From Lama guanicoe (lineage: Eukaryota), in assembly GCA_013239625.1 (NCBI GenBank), contig MU053085.1, positions 1-64,000 on the forward strand: a DNA stretch of 64,000 bases. Direction: 5' to 3'. The notes below the pieces were generated by a model, which worked only from the letters and a program-made list of their open reading frames with translations, searched no databases and had not been told where the DNA came from. Made by a program: the position numbers and the translations under genes. Positions 35,146 to 46,960 of this stretch are shown piece after piece; the stretch's first letter is position 1; each line of letters opens with the position of its first letter.

Positions 35146-37399
35146 GCTTCTGGCTTTGTCAAAGTGTGCAAGTCAAGAATGCATTAGAATGTTTTATAGT
35201 GAGATGGAACACACGGTTTTATGATATACAATCATGAAAGTGATAACCTCTCCCTTTTAGTTACACCAAGAATGTCAGAAGGCAAGAGTAATTGGTGGTT
35301 ATTTTTAAACTTGTAACTACAACTGCCCTTCCCACCTGTGTTTCTCCCACATCTGGGTTAGGAACTACCTTTGTATGCGATGCGTTAAAATAGTCTATCT
35401 CATTTCTTTATGTTACTTCACGTAAATAAACTTTTATTGACTGTTTATTTGTTCCTTTGAATAGGAATCATTTATCTCTATTTTCAGTGCTTAGTACATT
35501 AGCTATTACATGGTAGACATTCAACTCAGGTTTGTCAAAAGACTGCTTAGAAAAAAAGAATTTCACTGTAAATTTAACATTCAGAGTCACTCTTTAAAAT
35601 AGCAGTAACCAGGGCTACAAATCTCCACATGTAAAGATAATAGCACAGACAGCATTAGACTGCAGGGGCTGAAAGGGACTTCCCGAAGAACAAGAGCTGT
35701 TCTGTGAATCCCACGTCTCCTGCTTCTCTGCTACAGCTGCGCAGATTCTGGATTATGGCGAGGGAAGTTGTACACTTCAAACCCCGGGCTTAACTTCTCA
35801 GTATAGACCAAGGCCAAGCAGCCATGCCCCGTGAAGCAGAAACCAAAGCCATTGCTGGCATTCTGCTCTCCATTCCCTCCCATTTACCAGGCAGGTTGCA
35901 TGGCTGCAGCTTGGGCGCCGTCACTTCTGGAGTGGTTATGTTCCTTTGTCCCTAAAAACTGAAGATGGTACTTTCCTATAGAAATAATAGTATACATTTT
36001 GACTGGCTTCCTGGGCCAGCCTACAGTACAGATCTAACTCAATAAATGGCCATATTACCCTTTTTGCATTCAAAGTTCTAGAATTCAACATTTGGCAAAT
36101 TTATCTGACCTACCATATTCTGTCTACATTATAGGTTAAATAGACTAGGTTGGAACCTGAGCAACAATCGTAAACCTCCATCTGAAATATGGTTCTCTCT
36201 GATATCCATTAATTAATTCATTAATTTAATGAACTTTTATGAGGACATTCCCATGCACAGCTAGAGCATCATCACCTTGCGTTTGTTAGAGCCCCAGGTA
36301 GATGGCAGCCCCAGAATGAGACACACTTATACAAACTGATAATTATGATTTAATGTAGAGTTTGTGGGAGAGGAGAGGTGAGCATGCAGTGCTCTGGGGC
36401 ACCAAAGAGGGAGTCTGCCTTATGGAGACTTGACCCTATCTTGAAGAATTAGGAAGCATTTATCCTATATAGAAAGATGCGCGTGGCATTTTAAGTCAGA
36501 GGAATGCCACATGCAAAAGCCACAAAGTTCTGAAAGGCATGGTGTTATTTAAAAATGACCAGAAAAAATCCAGTGGTGATAGATAATGAGAAATGATGGG
36601 AGATGCAGAAAACGGTTGTCAGAGCCTTGACTGAAAAGGTTCTATGATCAAGAGTGAAAATATTTCTAGAAGAGCTTCAGTGAAGTTTATGTGGAAGAGT
36701 GACTGGGTATGATTTGTTTTGTAGGAACTTTGGGAGCAGAAATATCCATTAGAAAGCTCCTGAAAATGTCCAAATGTGAAACAATGATAGTCTTATTTTG
36801 GCAATGGCAGCAGCAGAGTTGAAAAGGAGGATGTTCATGCAAGAGACAGTCCTGAAGTAGACATATCAGAATCTGATGGCCAACTAGGGAGGCAGTGGCA
36901 GAGGACAGGAAGGATAACAGTGTTGGAAGAAATGGGAAAAAAGAGTAGAGGATACTGCAGAGATTTGTGTTTGAGGAGCTAAGGATATGTGCTCGTGAAA
37001 TATGAGAATGAGCTGAATTGGAGTGATAAAAAATGAATAGATGATGCTTGGATTAGAATTACAGTTTTAAAACTTAGGAGCCTACATGATTTTCTGAAAA
37101 TCTCTTCCAAGTTTCAGTATCTCCTTTTACTTTTTTCATATCTTGGGGCCCAAAGGAGTGACTGATTTTCATTTTATTCTCAAATGTGCCTTCTAGACAA
37201 TAGACACCAATCTCAATTCAGTGTTCCTTTGGAATCTAAGCGAGGCAGAATGACCATCCCTGCCTTGGGCCCCCACTCTACTCCATGCAGACAGTTTTAT
37301 TTTTGTTTGTTTTAATGAAAAGTTGTCAAGACCTGTATCTTATATGATGTATGATTTTGTCACCCAGAATAAATGGATAAATGAATGAATAAGTTGGGT

Positions 37400-40300
37400 T
37401 CTGGTTCAAGATGATGGTATAGGAAAACCTTGAACTAACCTCCTCCCAGAGACATACACAATTACACCTATGTAAAGAGTAATTCCTCCTGAGGAATAAC
37501 TGAGGGCTGATTGAAAAGCTTCTGCACAAGGAAAGATAGAGGGACCACACAGAGATGGGTAGGAGGGAAAGAGACATGGTGTCAATGGGAACCCCACCCT
37601 GAGGCTGCAACTTGTAGTGGGAAGGGATATCACTGAGGGGCCAGCATGCAGACGCATCCACCATGAGAAATAGTGGAAAAAACAGTCATTTAAAGGGCAC
37701 CTAGACTATGTGTGAAGGAAATCCATTTACTAGCCCTAGAATATCTGCCAAACAGGCAGGGAACTGCTAGAAGTCTCTTTGGGCTCGGAGGTGCTCAGGA
37801 GTACTGTTTTGCATTCTTCCAAAACCTTGATTGTGCCAGGGGAACATGGTCCAGGCACTCTAGCCAGCTTGCCAAGGTTACCGCAGAGTGCCCCAGGGCC
37901 CTGGCACACACCGGGTACAGACATTCTCCCAAGGCAGCCCTGGTACAACATGCCCTTGTCTCCCCTGCCCATACCCATTCCAGCTCCATCTGTCTCACCA
38001 AGGTTGCCCCATCACAGCACACCCCAGGACCCCAGGTCCATATCTTTTCTAACTCGAGCCGTTCCACCAAGGCAGCCCTGTTGCAGTATGCCTGGGACCT
38101 CTGTACAGGTTTGCACACACTCCATCTCCAGCCAGCCAAAGCTGCCCAGAACATGCAGTCTACACCAGGAATGTGCCTACATATACATCGCCATGCTTTC
38201 AAAACCATGTGAAGTAACTATTTTCCCTAATTCATAGAAACAAACACAGAATGTCAAACAAAATGAGGAGACAGAGGAATATGTTCTGGGAAAAGAACAA
38301 GCTAAAACCCCAGAAAAACCCTGAAGAAATGGAGATAAGCAATTTACCTGATAAAGAGTTTAAAATAATGTTCATAAAAATGCTCACCAAACTTGGGAGA
38401 ATGAAGGAGAAAAGATCTTCAACAGAGTTAGAAAATATAAGAAAGAACCAATCAGACCTGAAGAATATACTAACTGAAATTAAAAACTTGCTATAGAGAA
38501 TCAACAGCAGAAGAGATGGCACGGAAGAACAGATCAGAGAGCTGGAAGATGGGAGACAATTTTAAAAAGATAAGAGTAGTTTAAGGGACTTCTGGGCCAA
38601 CAATAAGTATACTAACATTCTCATTATAGGGGTCCCAGAAAAAGAAGAGAAAGAAATGGATAGAAAACTTATTTGAAGAATAATTCTGAAAATTTTCCTA
38701 ACCTGGGGAAGGAGACAGATATTCAGGTCAGAAGTTCAGAGTCTCAGATAAAATGAATTAAAAGGGATCAACACCAAGGCATATAATAAAAATGGCAAAA
38801 GTTAAAGAGACAATTTTAAAGGCAGCAAGAGAAAAGGAGAGAGTCACATATAGGGGGCCCTCATTAAGTTAGCATCTAATTTTTTAGCAGAAATTTTGCA
38901 AGACAGAAGGGAGTGACATGGTGTGTTTAAAGTGCTGAAAGGAAAACACAGTCAAGAATACTGTACCAGGTAAGACTGTCATTCAGAACTGAAGGAGAGA
39001 GAGAGCACTTCCCAGACAAGCAAAAAGTAGAGGAGTTCATCACCACTAAAGCAGCCTTATAAGAAAAGTTAAAGGATCTTAAGTGGAAAAGAAAAGGCCA
39101 TAACTAGAAATAAGAAAATATATGAAAAAAAAANNNNNNNNNNNNNNNNNNNNNNNNNNNNNAGGCAGTGATCACCACATTCAGCATGAAGACTAAAAGA
39201 CAAAAGCAATAAAATCACTGATACCTACAATAAGTAGCTAAGGGATGCACAAAACAAAAGATGTAAAATATAACATCAAGAACATAAGATCTGGGGAAGG
39301 AGGTAAAAATGTAGTACTTCTAGAAGGCATTTGACTTAAGCGACTATCAGCTTATTAAATTAAGTGCTATATGAATAGGTTGATATTCATGGACCTCATG
39401 GTAACCACAAACTGAAATGTACAATAGATACATGACAAATAACACTAAAGGGATTTGTCAAACCATAAGGGAAGAGATCAAGAAAAAAGAGAGTGGACCC
39501 AAATGAAATCAGAAGTGAAAGAGAAGTTACAACTGAGAACAGAAATGCAAACAATCATAGGAAACTACTGTGAACAATTATACACCAATTTTTCCAAAGA
39601 AGACATACTGATGGCCAGTAGGCACATGAAAAGATGCTCAATGTCACTTCAACAGGGAAATGCAAATCAAAACCATAATGAGATGCTACCTTACATCTGT
39701 CAGACTGGCTTGTATCAAAAAAAAAACAAGAAATAAAAGGTATTGGTGTGGATGTGGTGAAAAGGGAACACTTGTGCATAGTTGGTGGGAAGATAAATTG
39801 GTATAGCCCCTACGGAAAATTATATGGAGGTTCCTCCAAAAATTAAAAGTAGGACAACCATACATTCAGCAATTTCACTCCCAGGTTTTTCCCAAAAGGA
39901 ATAGAAACACAAACTTGAAAAGATACATCCACTTCATTGTTCATTGCAGCATTATTTACAATAGCCAAGATATGGAAGCAGCCCAAGTGCTCATTGATAG
40001 ATGAGTAAAGAAGATGTGGTGTATAAATCTACAATAGACTATTACTCAGCTCTAAAAAGAATGAAGTCTTGCCTTGGCAACATCATGGATGAACCTAGAG
40101 GATATTATGCTAAGTGAAATCAGACAGACAAAGACAAATACTTTATGATTTCACTCATATGTGAAACCTAAATAACAAATGAACAAATATGACAAAACAG
40201 AAACAGATTCATAGACTCAGAGAAAAAACTGGTGACTGCTAGAAGGTGGGGCATGTGGTGGATGAAATCGATGAAAAGAATTAAGAGGTACAAATTTTCA

Positions 40301-40505
40301 GTTATAAAATTAGTCAACAGGATATAATGCATAGCACAGAGAGTATAGCCAGTAATATTGCAGTAATTTTGTACGGTGACCAATGGTAATTACACTTACT
40401 GCCATGATCATTCCATAATGTGTAAAAATATCCAGTCACTGTGTTGTGCCTTGATGCTTATATATATTGTAAGTCAATTATACTTCAGTTAACAAAAAAG
40501 AAGAA
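37400..40505 (+). mobile_element. LINE-1 with 5'UTR, decayed ORF1, largely deleted ORF2 and complete 3'UTR
   Basis: ORF1 at 38251 (MRRQRNMF..EMEISNLPDKEFKIMFIKMLT). ORF2 remnant EMQTIIGNYCEQLYTN|FSKEDILMASRHMKRCS. L1 3'UTR and an A-rich tail at ~40490-40505. Confidence 0.9.
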
Positions 40506-41854
40506 ATAAACTGCAGTGTTTGCCATCATTCCTAGTCTTTTAATTCAGTATCAGTAAGGAATAAACTGGAGAAGTAGAAACAGTAGCAATATAGATGTAT
40601 TTTTTGTTTTTATATTACAAATCAAAGGCTTGCTTACAGGGAGTTAGCTTGTGGGGCTGGATAAGCAGTTCCTGCCTGGCCATCTCTGCGCCTGGTGCTG
40701 GCCTGATGTTCAGAGGGTGGGCAGTTGGGAAGCAACAGTCACCAAGCAGACTAGAATCACATGAGGATGCGCTGGAAGCTCATAAGGATGGATGGAAATC
40801 CATGTTCATTCTTGCTGCTTCTGACTTGGTGATGTGGGTAATCTGCAGAAGCTGAGACCCTTCATCACAGAGCCAAACACATACACCTGACCCAGGCACT
40901 GTTTCATGCAAGTGAGGTCCGATCCCAGACTGGCTTTGAAAGCTTTTTTAAATACAACTTGGACATCGTGTTCTACGGTTTTTGTTACTTTCACACAAGC
41001 TAGAGAAGCAACCCCATGTCCTTCAATCACACTTACTTGGTTCTTTCCTAATCTTGGGTAAGCCTCAGAAAGCTTAGCTCTGTCGGTGACAGGACATCAC
41101 TGTGTCAGCTGTGCTCCTGAGTATTTATGCTGCCCAAAATGCACTGGCTCTTCACTGCTCGTTTCCTACTTGTTTATTACTTCACACTGATGACTTGCAA
41201 CTCTGTCTTTTCTGAGCCTTTTTCATACTTCTCAAGCTCTCAAATTTAGCCTCAATCTTCTAACATGGACTATAACCTTATCTCTTCTATCTCAGAGAAT
41301 ATAAGAAATAAAATCATGTGAAATTCCTGAATTTCTTTTCCTTCTCGGTGGCCTCAGAGAAAAAGTATCTGCATCCTCTCCTAGGCAAAGTTACTTTCCT
41401 AAAACTGGTGATAGGACTTCACTACCTCAACAATCTCTTCTTCCTTTTGAATCTTTTTTCACTTCCCATCCACTAAACTTATATACATGTTCACATCATC
41501 CATTTTCTTAAAAATGTATCTTGAGTCCCACCCCTATTCCTTTTTTAAACCAGCTTCCATCACAACCACTCTATGAAAAGTCCTAAAAACAAATAACTTC
41601 CTAACTGGTAAGTGTAACAGCCTCTTTCCTGTTGTCATTCTCCCTGGCCTTTCTGCAACCTGTGGCCAAGTTTCCATCTTAATGCTGTCATCTTCGATCA
41701 CTCCCCAGTCTCCTTTGTCATCTCCTCCTTTTCTTCCTGGCTCCTAAATGTAGGATTCTCTCAAGATGATCACTATTCTTTCCTTGGCCTACTTACTCTA
41801 AGCTGTTCCATTTGTGATCCCTTAAGAATTCAAAGGGTTCTTTTATGTGAATAA

Positions 41855-42150
41855 TTGTCCAACAAAGATATAATTCAAGCCACATATGTGACTTTAATTT
41901 TCCTAGTAGCCACCACAGAAAAAGTAAAAGAAACATTAATTTATCATACTTTAATTGAATATACCCATGATACATTTTAACATGTAATCAATTAAAAATT
42001 ACTAATGAAATATTTTACATCCTTTATTTGTAGCATGTCTGTCAATATCCATTTTGTACTTTACACTTAGGGCACATCTCAGTTGGTACTAGTCTTATTT
42101 CAAGCACTCACTAGTCTCATGAAGCTAGTAGCCACTGTCTTGGGCATTCC
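41855..42150. mobile_element. MER3-like hAT-Charlie DNA transposon relic
   Basis: tgtccaacaaagatataattcaagccacatatgtgactttaattttcctagtagccac...tacacttagggcacatctcag...atttcaagcactca...gctagtagccactgtcttgg. Confidence 0.75.
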
Positions 42151-42339
42151 AACTCTGGAATCTACAAACCTGTCCTGAATTCTGAGTTCCACAGCTGGAA
42201 TCCAACTGCTACTAAGATCTAACATTCATCCTCTTGTATAATCTGTCACTCATAGTGGTAGCAATTATTTGTAAAAATATGAGACAAAGGTTTTACCCCA
42301 TTACTGACATATCTTTATGGCTTTCTACTTGCCAAATGA

Positions 42340-42575
42340 AAGGCAGCATGATGAGCATAAATCTTGAAGTCACAGATAATTAGACTTGAATCCAGGCTTC
42401 ATGGCTAATTTGTATGCAATTTGGGACGAGTTACTTAACCTTCATGAGAGTCTGTTTTCTCTTCTAAAATGGGGAACACAGTCTTTCCTTCTGGGTTTGT
42501 TATAGGAAGACGTTGCTATTATTTCTCGCACAGTGCATGACCCATAGTAATGTCACAATAAATGGTAACTGGGCC
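42340..42575 (+). mobile_element. MIR SINE
   Basis: Core acttgaatccaggcttc...ttgggacgagttacttaaccttcatgagagtctgttttctcttctaaaatgggg. Confidence 0.7.
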
Positions 42576-42741
42576 ATTAGCATGACATTCAAGATTCTCC
42601 ACGACCTGTTTCTAATATACCTTCCCAACTTTGTGTCCCACTCTGATTTGTACTCTCATTCATCTATGCCTTCATACTTTCATTCTTCAAAAAACACATA
42701 CTGTGAGCTGGGCCCCATCACTAAAACTTTACTTAAAGAGT

Positions 42742-42772
<31 letters not shown>

Positions 42773-44942
42773 TTTGCTTGTTTGTTTGTTTCTTCGAGAC
42801 GAATTGATTAAACATTGACTTTGTGCTGACTTCTTTTTAGAATCTTGAGATAAATTACTGAATAAAACAGAAAACATTTGCTCTTGAGAAATGGACATTT
42901 TAGTTGGGAAGACAGAAAACAAAGAGTAAACATAATTAATTAGAAAATGATAAAGCATAGGAGAAGCCTACAGTGCTGTGAGGGAAAAACAAAAACAGAA
43001 CAGAGTCAGTGAGCCTGAGGTGGGGAGGAGTCTCTTACCCACTGTTAGCATCCTGGATACAACAGTTTCTCTTATGCATTCACAATAGTACGTAACTAGT
43101 GCTTTGAACGTAATAAGGACTAAACAGAGATCTAATGAAGTCAGTGGGAATGCATGGGGAAATGAAATCTAACTTCTATCTAAACAGTTTAGACATGCAC
43201 TTTATGAACACTTTCTTTGTTAAATTGGAGCCTTTTTGATATTCTCTAGCAGAGTTCTTGGAGCTGGCATTTTAACAGGTACCTTTGTTTCCCCACAATT
43301 TTAGTCCTTCTGAAGAGGTGCAAGGAAATAATTATAGGGGTGGGGTATGGATCCTGTGCTAATTGGAACTGAGCGCTTATGTAACTATGGATAGTTATAG
43401 TTCAATACAAACAACACGGTGGGGCTGGTAGTTACCCCCCGAATTTTGGAGCAAAGTCAAGCAGCCTTAAACATGTGAATGTATCTTAGACTCTCCAAGA
43501 AGACTACTGCATATAACACACAGCATTTCTTAAAATTAATTAACCATAGAACTCCTGGTGTATAGAGAAATTAGAGTTTAGGTAAATGTACATTTGGAAA
43601 TGATATTCTAAAAAACAAATGGTAATGTAGTCAGAAGTATTTAGAATATAAAGAGGAAGGTCTTATAATTTATCATTTAAGACAGACATTTTTGAGAATG
43701 AAATGGCACTGTTAATAATTATGCCAGGAAAGTGGGAATCAAACAAGTTTATCCCAGTAAATTAGAACATGTGGTCGCTGTAGTAACAGTTTACTGCACA
43801 TTCGTATCTTTCCCCCAAATACACTTTCTAGTTTCTCCTGCTCCCTTGGGAGGTGGGTCCAGGGGAAGCCCTGTGTGAAAGGAGGCAGAATAGCTGCACT
43901 CCTTTTGGAGGGAGGTCTTTTGAAATCCTCAGCAATGCAGTGCACCATAAAAAAGAAAACTAAAAATGAAAACTTCGAGGAAATACGTGTTTAGCCTTTT
44001 CAAGCAAAATAAGGAATTAGGTCTCCCTGAAGATGCTAATTTACTGAGACCTTTCAGCTTAAGGAATTATTTTGGATACCTTTCCAGAGATATTATAAAA
44101 AAGATCATCTTAGATATATTGATAAATTTGTGGCTGTGTTTGATATGGGGATCACTATCAATACCTATGGAGTAAGGTTGAAAAAAACCTTTTTAATGGG
44201 TTTGTCATTTTATAATAAAAAGTAAATAATAAGAATATAATGTTCATTAAACAACAAAATAAATTTTGATTTTAGTAAATACATGAGCGCTCACTTGTAT
44301 ACTTATATTTTGTGCATCTCACTGTAAAAACCTACACTAAACTACGGAATATATCAAACTACAGTCTTCTGCAACAAGTTCTATTTTTGTTCTTCATGTA
44401 AATAGTCAACCAATAACTTGCCATTCTCAAAGTGGAATTCAGTATTCCTTATATTAATTATAGCCTTCCTTCAGCAAACAGTTTTTAAACACAGCATCTA
44501 AATTCAGGATCATTGGGAACTAAAACAAAGAACCTATTCAGAAATGCTCCATAAGCTAAATGGGGTAATATTTTTATAGAGTTTTGGATAAATGTTGTAT
44601 GACTCTCAGAAGAGAGAAGTTCTAATTTTATTAAAGAACATTTTGTCCTCAAATCTCCTTTCCAATTTCAATAAATAGAGAAAGCCCCCAGTGCAAAAGC
44701 ATGAAGTGCCTACATATCCACCAGAAAATAATTATGTTAAGGAGACAGTAATATTTGTAACATTTAAAGAAATTCATTATTAAAGAGAAAACTTCTCTGA
44801 GTTGGGGTGCAGGACAATCACATTGTAGTTTTTCTGAAACAGCATGAACATCATGATTTGCATTTTCTGTTTCTTTTGACCTGATAGTCTGATTGTCTCT
44901 AAATGAAATAACTAGCCTTGATGTGTATAGACAGAGGACATG

Positions 44943-44956
44943 GTTACCCTGGCAAC
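44943..44956. promoter_or_regulatory. RFX X-box motif
   Basis: GTTACC-CT-GGCAAC fits GTNRCC(N0-3)RGYAAC. Confidence 0.5.
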
Positions 44957-45343
44957 GGGTACCATGGACCACATGTGACCCTTCTCCAAAGAAAATCTAT
45001 GCCTCTTTTTTAAAACATAAAACAAAACAAAACAAAGTCTACTGTCTCCTACTTAAAACAGAACAAAATAAAATCCCAGTTTTTTAATACTAACAGAAGA
45101 ACATTCCCAACTAATTTCAGCTTCTTTATTTAGCAAACTGTTTTCCTGTGGATTTTGAAATGGATCAACATCACTTCTTTGTGTTAATCTCATCACCATG
45201 AGTAATCCAATTGGTTGGGTAAATGTAAAGTACTGAAAACTCTTTCTGGCATTCACAGTCTGAAGATCCAGCAGAGGGAGCCCATACATTACTGCTGTTT
45301 TTTAAATGTCAGTCTAAAATGATGATACAATTTTAAAAGTTCC

Positions 45344-45791
45344 TACTCAGCCATAAAAACCGACAACATAATGCCATTTGCAGCAACATGGATGATCCTA
45401 GAGAATGTCATTCTAAGTGAAGTAAGCCAGAAAGAGAAAGAAAAATACTATATGAGATCGCTCATATGTGGAATCTAAAAAACAAAAACAAACAAAAACA
45501 AAGCATAAATACAGGACAGAAATAGACTCATGGACAGAGAATACAGACTTGTGGTTACCGGGGGGTGGGGGGTAGAGGGTGGGAAGGGATAAACTGGGAT
45601 TTCAAAATTGTAGAATAGATAAACAAGATTATACTGTATAGCACAGGGAAATATACACAAAATGTTATGATAAATCACAGAGAAAAAAATGTGACAATGA
45701 GTGTGTATATGTCCATGAATGACTGAAAAATTGTGCTGAACACTGGAATTTGACACAACACTGTAAAATGATTATGAATCAATAAAAAAAA
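45344..45791 (+). mobile_element. Young 5'-truncated L1 3' end (camelid-type) with poly(A) and target-site duplication
   Basis: ORF2 tail gccatttgcagcaacatggatg, 3'UTR and aataaaaaaaaaa. Flanked by aattttaaaagttcc (45329-45343) and aattttaaagttcc (45792-45805). Confidence 0.9.
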
Positions 45792-46754
45792 AATTTTAAA
45801 GTTCCAGTAACAGAACTTTCGATATTTTGGGACTCTAGAGATAACTACCTGGCAAAGTGTAAATCCTCTAATGTCATTTTGTTATTGTTGATGTTTAAAT
45901 CTAATGAAGTGCCATTATTTTTTAACTTATGTTTATGTAAGTAAAGAGTTTTTAGATCTATTTATGCAACCAATTCAAGGCTACCTAATGGGACCGATCT
46001 AACCTTTATTTCAGATTTCCCAAAAGTTTTTAGTCATATCCACCTCTCCATAAACACGCATCTCCTAAAATGTTGGCTCCAGACAACCAGGGCACACCCA
46101 TGAAAAATGTCATGGAATAGTATTTTAACTGAGAATAAAAAGCATGAGGAATCCCTAGCTGGTTCCGTAAAAAAGAACACAAGTAGTTTTCATGGCATTG
46201 TTTTCATGTCAGGAAAGATGTCTTTGAAAATGACATGCCTTCCATGGGAAGCTGTGGGGCCCCAGGGCCATCCTTGCTCCTAAAAGACACACAGACATGC
46301 TAGGTGATGCTCATCATCAGCCAAGGAACAGTCACTTGTCCAATCTTTTCCTTAAAAAATGTCACTTGATTTCCTTCTCTCTTCTGGTTACTGTTTCAAG
46401 TTTGGAGAACAGAAGCGTAATAAAAATATCTACCACATATTGTGTTGTAATGATGATGTAGACACTGTGATGCATTCTCTCAACCTAAGGGTTACAATAG
46501 CTAATTTACTGATGAAAAACTGTATGTATCTCAGAGAATTTAAATAAATTGCCTACAGTCCCAAAGGTAGTAATTGACAGTTTGCATTTGAATGCAAGTC
46601 TCTAAGACCCTGCAGTGCCCACTGGTAACCACTGTGAAACACTGCCTTACTAGACTCAGGAGATTCACAGCCTATCAATTTCACTCTTGTTTCTACTGAA
46701 ACAAGAATTTCTTGTCCTTAGTGCAAAGACTTCTAGAAAGGAAAATGAAAAGTG

Positions 46755-46960
46755 GAAAATATTTGAGTGTTTATCATGAGCCAGTCACCACATTAGATGC
46801 CTTATATGTCTTATTTAATCTTTACAGCAGCCCTAGGAGGTACATATTATCCACACTTTACAGGTGAAGAAATGGAGGCCCAGGAGATTATACAATATAC
46901 CCAAGATATAACATGAACTCTGGATTTGAATCTAGATTTTTCTGATTTTCAAATCTTCAT
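46755..46960 (-). mobile_element. MIR SINE (further MIR relics at ~46440-46640, 47290-47400, 48570-48775, 55800-56000 and 59070-59245)
   Basis: atttaatctttacagcagccctaggaggtac...tttacaggtgaagaaatggaggcccagg is the MIR core. Confidence 0.75.

Larger units (their letters stand above)
19416..39162. other. Assembly gaps: 19416-19512, 22784-23043, 24129-24607, 24735-25227, 39134-39162
   Basis: Runs of N. Confidence 1.
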
